Shown here piece after piece: positions 50,001 through 62,000 of a stretch of DNA of 64,000 bases. The stretch is taken from contig CM120641.1 in assembly GCA_051362555.1 (NCBI GenBank), positions 2,542,001 to 2,606,000 of the forward strand, given 5' to 3'. Both the position numbers and the translations under genes were made by a program. The notes beneath the pieces were generated by a model. That model was not told the DNA's origin, made no database searches, and saw only the letters and a program-made list of their open reading frames with translations. Every line of letters begins with the position of its first letter. The first letter of the stretch is position 1. Origin of the DNA: Lingula anatina. Its lineage: Eukaryota; Animalia; Brachiopoda.

Positions 50001-53000
50001 ACCATTGCTGTCTGACACATGACTTTCGCCCCATAACTGTCAAACCATAGTTTTGCTTTACTTTAAATCTACTGAGTGAATTTGTTTAGTAAAGAAGCAG
50101 GTTGCTTTTGAAAATAATGTCCAAACATTTGTGAGCTTTGCTGCCTTGTTTTTTTTTCTGATTCACAACAGTTGTACATTGATCTATGAAAATATTTTGA
50201 AGATCAAATTATATCAGAATTTATACAGAATAAATGGTCATGGAAAGTGAATTATATATGTGACTTACACAATGCAAGCATTTAACAGACTCTTTATCTG
50301 CTCACCACCCATCAAAACCGTCTACTCCACACAGCACCTACCATTAATACTACTAAAGTGACAGACGACAAACCCACTGTCTATGGGGTTCACAGGTGGC
50401 TGAGCAGGGGCACTGCCCCCATCCAGAGCCTGGCTAAGGAGCACAGCATTTATCCCAGGGCTGTCACTAAAGACATAACTATCTGCAGAGGTGGTTAGTT
50501 CCAAACCTGAAGTTACTGAAAGTTACAGGTGATTTATGTGAGCTTAATATAATATGATACCAAGGCCCATGTCACAAAAGAATGATCTGAAGTTGAAAGT
50601 TGAGGCCAAAAAAGTTTAGTTTACTTCAATCCAGGATTATATGTTGCAGTCCAATCTTACTATCAGTCTGAAATTTCAGTCAATTACCACTTCTTATAAA
50701 AATTAATTAATTAATTAATTAATTAATTAATTAATTAATTAATAAAACATTCCTAATTTTCTCATTGAAGGGGATCTCTTCTGATTTATCCTGGACCAAA
50801 GTAAACTAAAATATTGAGTTGGAGTTAAGTTGCATGGAAAACAGTGTAAATAAATGTTAAATGAATTCATAAAATCATGCAATAAAAGTTCATATAAGTA
50901 ATACAATGCAGTTATCCACAGAAGTTTAGTATTTCAAGTAAAAAGATGATAGAAACAAGTGCAAAAACAGAGATTAGGTAATCAAAAATAAAATTGGCAA
51001 AATAACTATAAGCTTAGAGTGACAGTGTCAAGCAGGTGACCTGCTCAGTAAAAAAAAGGGGGAAAGCCATTCGTGTGGCTGTTAGTAAATATGATGTTAT
51101 AGCAATCCTATCTTTACACTATATTATAAAGTGTACCCTTCCATACTCAATATAAAGAATATAATGCAGACAACTCATCTTCAGTTTACAATTTTTTTTC
51201 AATACCCAGATTGCCAATAATTGAAAATATATCCCAATATGACAAAGAATAAAATATGGTAAATAGAAGAGTACAGTTTACATGTTCCTGTAATGGAGTC
51301 ATAGCTAAGATTTAGTTTGTCAGTGACGGGATAAATTATTACAAATAATTAAAATCAGGTTAGATTTAAGGGTTGCTTTTGGAGGACTCTGGTTAAGCAG
51401 TGACAAAATACTCACCAATAACAACTATACCTTCATGAGACACATCATCATGGGTTTCAAAAACATATACAAAAACAAACAAATACCAAAACAAACAAGC
51501 AAACAAATGAATTACAAAAACTGCACTTCACAAGAAAGCACACACACTTACTCTCAGGAGTCTTACTGATATCTTTCATAGCTTCTTCCATCTCTTTGGA
51601 CACATTATTACAGCACCATGCAGCCAAGGGATCATAAGAGCCTGGTGAAGTGGAAGATATCATTCTGCTTTACGCACATACAAAAATCACTGGCTTTAAA
51701 CATGGGAGAACAAACAAACATATACTCCATCCCACTGCATTTGAAAACAAGACACTAGGAATTCCCTCATCAGCAGGATACATATACATTATAACATGCA
51801 AGAGATATACTTCAGTGGTGAGAGAGAAAAGCTACTGTTTTTGGTATAAAATAAGAAATAAGCATGCTAGGGAAGTAGAAAGAGTTTAGGTATGGATGAG
51901 GTGATACACATGTTTATGTTCACAAACAGTATATTATCAATATATAAAAATGGGTTATTGTTTATCTTAAATAATTCATGCCAAGTGTTAAAGTATTCAT
52001 TAAAAGATGAAAAATTTGTAACTAATAAATAGCTAAGAAGTACACTTGCAGTTCCTTAGTAAATCTCAAACTCTTAATATAAGATGACATCAATTAAATC
52101 ACGAGCTAAAAGTTTCATTTGGAAATGATTATGTAATTTAAGTAAATTTTTTTTCTTTTTCTTTTACCTTCCTCTACTGTAGTTTTTTCAGCAGTAGGCA
52201 AAGATACCTTTTCAACCCCTGATGCCTGAATAATATATATATATTACACACATTTAATCATTATTTAACAATTAAAAAAAAAAAAGTAAAAACTTTATAC
52301 ATCGGACAAGAATCAAAAATATTTTAAATTTTGTCACATGAAAAAATGAAATCAGTTTGACTCAAAATCCAATTTAAGGGTCGATTAGCCTTACTTAAAT
52401 CAATTTGAATAGGTTATCCTAAACAAATAAACAAAATTGACATCTTAGTCTTCAAAAGCACTCACATTACTGGGGGAGCTGTTACCAGTCTTGGGGGTGC
52501 CAGAGTTGGACTCTTTCCCACTTTTCTGCATTGAATCCTTTTTGTTCTTCTCTTTTTCCATTTTCTTTTGTTGATGTTGAAATTCTAAGATCCTGCAAAA
52601 AAAAAATACAAATTATCATGTACATCTATCACAGTGGGGTGTATAATTAAAAAAATTACAACTGCGAGAGCCAGCTGAGGGATTCCATAAAGTTGTATTT
52701 AAATTATGAAAAAAATTAAAACACAACAACATCCAATAATAAAAGGCCATTACTTTGTATTCCAATCTGAAACATTCTCTGCCACCAGTTGCTTCATCCT
52801 GACCATACCATCCGTCACTTCCAAGATGGCGGCATCGGATATCATGCTGTCTGCTGAAACCATATCTTGGTTCACAGGAAAATGCTTGAAGAGCTTTTCC
52901 ATTTTCTCTCGAAAGTCAGCTTTGTCTTTCTGAAAGAATTATATAAAGTGAAGTAATGCTATAAATCTGCAGGTTATAAAAAGATTAATATTATATTAAT

Positions 53001-56000
53001 TTTCACCTCTTAAAAAATAATAAAACAAAAAAATCAAAATTCTTATTTTAACATCAACTTTACATGGTACACAGTGTTTGAATGAGAATCTATTTTTGAT
53101 ATTTAGGTGCATGATGGTATTGTTATCCTTTTACTTAATGAAAATAGTTTTATAATGTACACTACCTGTTGTTGTCCCAGATGCTTTTCAACAACCTCTG
53201 CTTGCTTATCTGACTGAGTTTCCAAGCGGAGTTTATGCAGTAATTGCACTATAGAATCAAACACCTGAAGACCACTGAAACATATTTGAATTCAAAAATA
53301 CAAAATCTTTTTTTCCTTCTTGATAACAAGACACTAATCCTGTATACTTGTAATCCACTTCCATCAATGGAAAAATTTATTACATCTTAGTTCATTCTAC
53401 AAATTTGTTTATAAACAGGTTATTTTCTCTTTCTAATGAAAAATGTCAATTGTACCCAGTTGAACCTTACCACAAAAGAAGCAATACTTATGAATAAACT
53501 TAAAATTTCAACAAAGTTTGAGTACAACAACCACTAAATTTCCTTACTCTTGATAAAGTTTCTTGAGTCCCTCCTTTGTCTTGTAGTGCCAGTTGACTGC
53601 AGGCATCCATTTTAATGTTTGTTCTTCCCAAAACCCACAGTCCTTCACGTAGCAGATCCTCAGAGGTGGCAACGCAATGTCTTTGTTCTTGACAGTGCTG
53701 TATCTGAGAATTTCCAGAAAAAAATAAAGACATAAATATATCAAAGAATTCTCAACTCTGAGGAACATATTCAATGACATTAAAGAAGACAGAAACATAT
53801 CTATACAGGCATCAAAACAGTATACAGACCCCCAATCCGAAAAAATAATAATAAAATAAATAAATTCTTATAGCCTCTTCCAATGTATTACAAAGCCATG
53901 TTGCACAAAATTATCAAAAAAAATTCATACCACCATAAGGTATAATTCTGAACTTAAATCAACATACAAAAAATAAAACAGGCAAGAGAAAAAATTGTTT
54001 GAAGTAGCAAATGGGAAATAAAAAGTATTGCTTATAAGGCTCCTTTACAAAGATAAAAGCAAAATAACAATGAAAAGTGTGCAACAATTGTGGACTAATT
54101 ATCCACTTTCAAACCAAATCGTATGAGAAGAATGCAACAAAAATGTTGAATGTCAAACTCAATCTGACAGTCTTTCATAAAAGTATTAGTTAAGTTCAGA
54201 TCAACTGTGAACTGTACATCAAAGAAAACATTTTCCTATGTATAGCTGATGTATAGCTATCTTACTTGAAAGATGCCACAGTCTGTTTGAAACCAAAGTA
54301 CTGATAGTGATCACTGTGGAGAGAGTGTGTACACGACTTCTGGGCATCGCGTCGGGTGTACACGTTACCATGGAAACGCAGCTCTAGGTATTTAGCAAAC
54401 GACAATGACCAAGTCTCTAAAGCTATAGGAACCACTGCACTGGCCTGAAATCACATTGATAAAATTCATATCAATTTAAATTTCATTTCATCAGATTTTG
54501 AGTCCAATGGACAAAACAATATTTCACTTCCATGACACTGCGTATGGTAAAATATGACTGATCATTTCAAACTGATACAAATTTGAAAATACAAATTCCT
54601 TTAGCAACCAGCTTCACTTCAGTCTATACCACTTATCCACAGTGCAAAAAAAAAAAAGAATCAAAATATTAAAAATCTACGAGTAGCCACTGTGCCACCT
54701 ACCTGCTTGCACTTATTACAATAGCTCCATGTGAGAATGGTGTCAGTGAACCCTGGCAGTTTGTGTTCCAGCTTCCTCATGGTGATCTGGATACAGCCCT
54801 GGCCGTGGACAAAACGCCTGATGTGGTCCACCATTGGTGTGCCGCAATTCTCATGGGGGCACTTGTATGCCTCTCTGCAGAGATAAAATACTACTTTATT
54901 TAACTATAAAAAAAAATCCCTGTTTATGTGACTATCATATGTAATAGCCAGGTAATTAAACTGTCAATCTCTCAAAGCAACATAACAACATCATGGACCA
55001 CAAAGTCTGGACTTTACCAAAAAACTTAGTTACGAGGAGGCGTGCCAGACAATTAAGCTGATTACACTGACTGCACCTTTGCGAAAATCCCCACTGAGAC
55101 AGATTAATCATACTGAACGGATAACTTTTAATCTGATCACAGCCTAAGTCTCCCAGCAGGAAAGAAGCAAGATTCTTTCAACAGATGTCTATAATAAAGC
55201 TGGAAACTCACCTAAAACAATATCTTTCAAGAAAGCCTCCTAATGTGATGTCATTCCTCCCATAAAAAGCCATTTTGACAACCCTAAATAAATAACATAA
55301 ATAAATGGTAGACATAGGTATATGCATAATAACAAAAACAAATTTCTGTCAAATGCATGAAGATCTACGTTCTCTTTAATCTTCAAACTGATGCAACAAT
55401 TGTTGAGAATATTGGAAAAGATATCACAATCACATATGTGAATAAATATAAAATATTCAGGTTATCTTTGTTGTTTCAAATAAAGTGTTTTACATTTAAT
55501 TTCCACGTTTTCATCAAACCTACCAAGGAAATACACAATGATTCGGAGTATTGGATGACACATATGAGAAACTGCAGAAGGAAACAGCAATTCTCTGGTG
55601 AAGAGCCGGGTTCAAGCAGTCAGTCTGGAAAGGATAAATTAAAATGCATGACTTTAATTCTAACCTAAATTTATAAATATAAGAAAAGTTGCTTTTTTTC
55701 ACAATAAATTTCAGTTTATGCCATTAGTTTTTAATCATATTTTGTGAAATTATAATTCACAGACCAAGTAATCACTGATATCAATAATAAAATGACAGAA
55801 AAAAAACCCAAAAAGTCACCTTCTTCTCCCAAATCAAATCACCGACCACTTCAGAATTTTTATGTTCTGTACTTTGTGCAATGTGGTCATTCCGGTGCAT
55901 CTTCTGGAGTTTGCTTTCTTGGGGACAAATGGGTTTGATTCTACCACCAGTTGCCCTGAAGTCTGCCAGCAGACCCTGGAAATGTTTGTGAAATTTTTTT

Positions 56001-59000
56001 TTAACCATAATCTCAAAAATGTGCACTGGTAACTTCTGAGTATTCTTGGATACATTAATTGGTTTTTGAGTTAGTACTGCTAAAATAGTTTAAAATTCAC
56101 CATGAGCAAGGTGGCAGTAACTAAAATACCAATTCAGTTTCTTAAGACGAAACCAATATGGAAGTCTGCAGCCCAAGATAGAATACAATGGAAGAAGCAT
56201 ATTGAAGCCTTTATTCATCAGTGAAACACTTTCGGCTTTAAATGAAGATGATGATGGTGACGTTGAATGTAAAAAACCAACCTGCATCTCTCTATCTGTA
56301 ACAGGTTTGACAACCGTTTCTAACAAGAATTGGTGAGGGGGAGCCACCTCCACACCATTCATCCCAAACACATCCTCAAAATGAGTCTCTAGGTCACCAA
56401 ACCTTTGTCTCTGTTTTTTGTGACCATCAGGGGTCAAGTGTACTGACCAGTACAAATCCTTCTGTAGATATTTTCTGGAGGCACAATTCTGGCCTTCCTC
56501 TGTCACTAGGAAAGGTACCTCATAGCGCAAGTACGGCGATCCTGACAGAATTATGTCATCTAGTGTTTTCTTAAAAATCTGAGACTGTTTAATTGTTTCT
56601 GCCTTCATTTGTTCAGTTGTAAAAAAGATGGAGTCATCTTCAGTCTGTTGGTATGTTTGTAAGGGGTCTGATTTATCCAGTACCACAGATGCCGAAGTTG
56701 ATCCACGTTTGTCTTCACTGTTCTCTGAACCACTGCTACTATATATTTTTCCACTGTCACTGCTGTTCTGAACATCAAGAGTATTATGACCGTGTGCAGA
56801 ATCTCCATGTTTGGGAGATTTAGAATTTTTTGTTTGCCTTACAGGAGATTTACTGGCAGAACGCTTTGCTGGATTGGCATCTCTGTGTCCACTTCCACCT
56901 TGTGATCTGACATCAGGTTTGGGTTTGGTGAGCTGAAGAACTGGAATGTCACCTTCAACAATTTCTTTTTGCAACATGTCTGTCAGCTTCCCCATTTGGG
57001 GGTCAAGGTCAGGATGAGGGAATGCTGAAAGTGGCTTCCCAGCATGCACTTCTCCAATCTCTTCTGAGACAGTTATACTGCTGAGTGGCTTGAACTCAAG
57101 GTTTTTTTCATTCTCCTTCCCCTGCTCTTTAAATTCAAACTTTTTGTCTGGACTTTCTGGGGATGACCCCAGGGCATCTATCCCCAGGGGGACCTCATCT
57201 GGGGCAGGGGGTGGCATGGCAAACTCGTCCATGAGAAAGGAAATTTCCAATCTTGAGTTGAAGGCAATATAGATGATGAACTGTAGAATATTTTTCACCC
57301 TCTTCAGCTCGGGTTCTGATGCCCCCCTCAGTGTCACTGTGCAACCTAAATGTGCTGGACAGCCATCAAAATACATCAGGGTTTTCTTGTAGCCTGGAAA
57401 TGTTTTGATGAATTTGTACATTTTGAAGAATAGTATTTTATCATATTATTACATAAGAATAGTATTTTATCATATTATTGCAAATTGAAACATGTCTTGT
57501 TGTAATCTTGTTTCATCTTGCAATGCAAGATGAAACAAGATTACAACAATGCAATGCAAGATGAAACAAGATTACAACAAGACATGTTTCAATTAAAACA
57601 AAAAGAAAAAAGAATACTTTCTTCAATTGTTGACTTGACATCAAAATATCTATTTCTCTCAGAAGGAGAAAATAATAAAAAATATAAATATAAATTAATC
57701 ATCTACCCTTTGGCAAGGAGTGAGTGTGGACTCTAAAATTTCTACAAGTTCCAAGTGTAGGCTTATTCACAAGACCATCAATAGACGAGACAATATCTGC
57801 CTGGGTGAGTCTGGCAACCCTCTTCATCACACTCTGAAATCACACAATTTAAATGAAAATATTAAATAAATCACTCAAATGACAACAGTGAGAGACAAAT
57901 TATATACCCCCCAAAAAAAACCTGGACCAAATACTTGAAATATATTATTACATTTGTCGTTTTTCCTCTATAAAGATAAAATTGCTTTCAGAACTAGAGG
58001 ATCAGAGAGGCGATACTGCCTCCGAATATTGTACCACCAGCTGGAGCAAGCGCATTCGTATAGACCCCCACATACACAAAATAAGGGACACAGCCACCAG
58101 TTTTGTGCTTGACAAGCTGTAAAAATGCAATCAACAAGAATTTTCAAAATATGCCAAAAATATATATGACTAAAAATGGTACAATCAAAGTTAAGTTCAT
58201 CGTAAGGTAGGTCAAAGGTCAATTTCAATGTCACAGTAAATTGCCAGTATATGACTTCCTATTCAACTTCAACAGTAACTATGGACCTGTCTCTGCCAGT
58301 TTTGGAGATAAAAGGGAAGCAAAATTTGCAAAGTTCAGTTCATGGTGAAAAGTAGGTCAAAGGTCAATTTCAAGGTCACATTTAGATTGCCAGTATATGA
58401 CTTCATATTCAAGTTCAATAGAAACTATGGACATATCTCTGCTAGTTTTGGAGATAAAAGGGAAGCAAAATTTGCAAAGTTCAGTTCATGGTGAAAAGTA
58501 GGTCAAAGGTCAATTTCAAGGTCACATTTAGATTGCCAATATATGACTTCCTATTCAAGTTCAATAGTAACTATGGACCTATCTCTGCCAGTTTTGGAGA
58601 TAAAAGGGAACCAAAATTTGCAAAGTTCAGTTCATGGTGAAAAGTAGGTCAAAGGTCAATTTCAAGGTCACAGTAAGATTGCCAGTATATGACTTCCTAT
58701 TCAACTTCAATAGTAACTATGGACCTATCTCTGCCAGTTTTGGAGAAATAAGGGACTAAATGTTATAATTTTGGAGTAACCATAATGTGCCATAAATTTC
58801 CTACAGAAGAAATTAATTAAAATAAAGAAAAGGTCATTTTGGTCAAAATTCTTGAAATGGGAGGTGCTCCGAAGTTCCAGATGTTCAAATTTGATGAAAT
58901 TATGTCATTTTTGACCACAAGTTGTCTGTTTTGCCAAGCCTTATGTTTTATATTTCCGGAGTTCAAAATTTATTATCCATTACCGTACTGCACATTTTGC

Positions 59001-62000
59001 TTTCACCACCAATATGTACTTTTTGATACAGCATAACTTTGGAGATAAAAGGGAAGCAAAATTTGCCAAGTTCAGTTCATGGTGAAAAGTAGGTCAAAGG
59101 TCAATTTTAAAGTCACATTCAGATTGCCAGTATATGACTTCCTATTCAACTTCAATAGTAACTATGGACTTATCTCTGCCAGTTTTGGAAATAAAAGGGA
59201 AGCAAAATTTGCAAAGTTCAGTTCATGGTGAAAAGTAGGTCAAAGGTCAATTTCAAGGTCACATTTAGATTGCCAGTATATGACTTCCTATTCATGTTCA
59301 ATAGCAACTATGGACCTATCTCTGCCAGTTTTGGAGATAAAAGGGAACCAAAATTTGCAAAGTTCAGTTCATGGTGAAAAGAAGGTCAAAGGTCAATTTT
59401 AAGGTCACATTTAGATTGCCAGTATATGACTTCCTATTCAACTTCAATAGTAACTATGGACCTATCTCTGCCAGTTTTGGAGATAAAAGGGAAGCAAAAT
59501 TTGCAAAGTTCAGTTCATGGTGAAAAGTAGGTCAAAGGTCAATTTCAAGGTCACATTTAGATTGCCAGTATATGACTTCCTATTCAAGTTCAATAGTAAC
59601 TATGGTCCTATCTCTGCCAGTTTTGGAGATAAAAGGGAACCAAAATTTGCAAAGTTCAGTTCATGGTGAAAAGTAGGTCAAAGGTCAATTTTAAGGTCAC
59701 ATTTAGATTGCCAGTATATGACTTCCTATTCAACTTCAATAGTAACTATGGACCTATCTCTGCCAGTTTTGGAGATATAAGGGACTAAATGTTATAATTT
59801 TGGAGTTACCATAATGTGCCATAAATTTCCTACAGAAAAAATTAATTAAAATAAAGAAAAGGTCATTTTGATCAAAATTCTTGAAATGGGAGGTGCTCTG
59901 AAGTTCCAGATGTTCAAATTTGATGAAATAATGTCATTTTTGTCCAAAAGTTGTCTGGTTTGGCAAGCCTTTTGTTTTATTTTTCCGGAGTTCAAAATTT
60001 ATTATCCATTACCGTACTGCACATTTTGCTTTCACCACCAATATGTACTTTTTGATATAGCAAAACTCGAAAACCGTATGGAATACAAAAAAACCGAGAC
60101 CACCCCCAGTGTTGGGCTTTACATGCTCTACAAAATGCAAAAAAGAATGGGTCTCTAGCATTAATGGTTCCCGATTTAGAGACAGTTTTCAGTTTCGGTA
60201 TCTTATGGCCGCTACTCCCGTGAAAATGCACCGATTGACCCCAAATTCACGGAGATGAAAGATGACCCGAAGGGTAACACTTTCCAATAATATTATTGGT
60301 TAAGTCTGTGTGGTGTCTGAATAACAGGGCAAATAATTTTTTTTTGGTAAAAAAATTCATTTTTTTGAAAATTTTGGCCCGTTTGACCTTGAAATAAAGG
60401 TCAAAGGTTAAATCCAAGGGCATATTTGAAATCTACACATATGACTTTTGGAAAGCCGTCTGTACAAATTTTTCCCATAATTCCTTCCGTAGGGTAGATA
60501 ATTAGCATTTAATTTTGCCATTTTTAGACAAGGGTGCATTGCAATGAGTGCCACACCTAGACCCCAAAACCGACAAAGCCCAAATTGTACATGGAACGAG
60601 TTGAGATTATAGGTGACCTAAATCCAAGAGATGGGTACGGGGGCCCTTACCGTCTAGGAGGAGAAGCGGTAACGGTAGCCGTCCGGCGGAGCCGCAGGAG
60701 CCGGCGGAACGATCCGGACGGGACTAAAACCATGTGTACCGCCAGCGCTAACGCTGGTGGTACAATAAGCACCTCATATCACTTCCATTATTCAAGGATG
60801 CTTTAATCCAAAGGTAATCATTCTATAAACATGTGGTAATCAGGGGCGGATTTAGGCCGTCTTCTGGGTCTTCCAGAAGACGGTCAGATTTTCAAGTTTA
60901 CATAGACGGATATTAAACTTTTTCTGTCGGAAGACGGTCAAAAAAGAGGATGGATCAACAAAGATATTTTGGAAGACTGTCAGAAAATATCTCTGGATCC
61001 GCCCCTGGTAATCATACACAGTACAATTTCACACTCACTGGTTTTACATTGAGAACCAGAGTTATGCCTTCATCCAGGATAAACTGTTGAGCTAGCCTTG
61101 ATACTGATTTCTCTACCAGCAGTAAGTCTGGCTTCCATGCCGCTATCTTTGAGACATTGTTCTTGATAAATTCATTTTCCTGCAAAAGGCAAGGGCAGAC
61201 AGATTTCAGTTAAGATATTAAGTAACATTTTAAAGTGTTGTACATACAGATAATAAGTGTTATTGCCTCTTACATTCAGAAATGGAAAAGGACCTTTAAA
61301 ATAAATTCTAAAAATACAAGCACTGAGGCCGCGCAGCTCTATATGGGATGTCCCCAGGGACAAGCCTCTTGAGAATTTTTTTTTTTTTTACAATTTTTGG
61401 CAAATACCCCGATTCCAAAATAAATCCAGAAAATTAACATTGATGAAATAAATATTGGGGTTTTATGGAAAATTTTCCTTGTACTTCACTTTAAATATTG
61501 TGTTACCTGTAATATCTGTGGTTCTAAAGAGGAAAACTTCTGCTCTCGTCTCTGATATTCTATGCTGCACCTGAGCAGCAGGATCTTAGCGTTGTTAATA
61601 CTGTGCTGCATCTTCTTGTGGGATATATTCTTACTACACACCACACCATGGTAGATCTTGGTATCTGTCTTCTCCCCTCCTGGTATCTGAAAGTAAGGTG
61701 TCATTTCTAGTAAATCTTCAATGATAAACACTAAAAGTGGTGCCTAGGCCATGTGGAAAATTATTAAAGCTTATAAAAAAAAGATGCAGTTAAGGGTTGC
61801 TTCTAGCATGAAACATTATAAAAACCTTTAAAAACTGTTAAAAAGACTTTAAAAACATGTTAAAAACTTGTCATAAATATATGAGCTATGAACAAGAAGA
61901 ATAGTAATTCAGAGCTTGTGCCATGAAACTTTATCTTCTGCATTCCATCCATTCTTAACTCAATAGCTTGTAATTCCACACTTGAAAACATTTTAGCTGT

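Noticed and set aside
49940-50037. Possible PIKfyve exon encoding DSNGDSNGDSDN
   Set aside because: The open frame is incompatible with the phase-1 neighbours. A 12-bp microrepeat explains it.
58839-60158. Two near-identical ORFs (M(V/I)KILEMGGA...) resembling a duplicated small gene
   Set aside because: They lie in the duplicated spacer of the satellite-bearing element, start at TTG and have no domain features.
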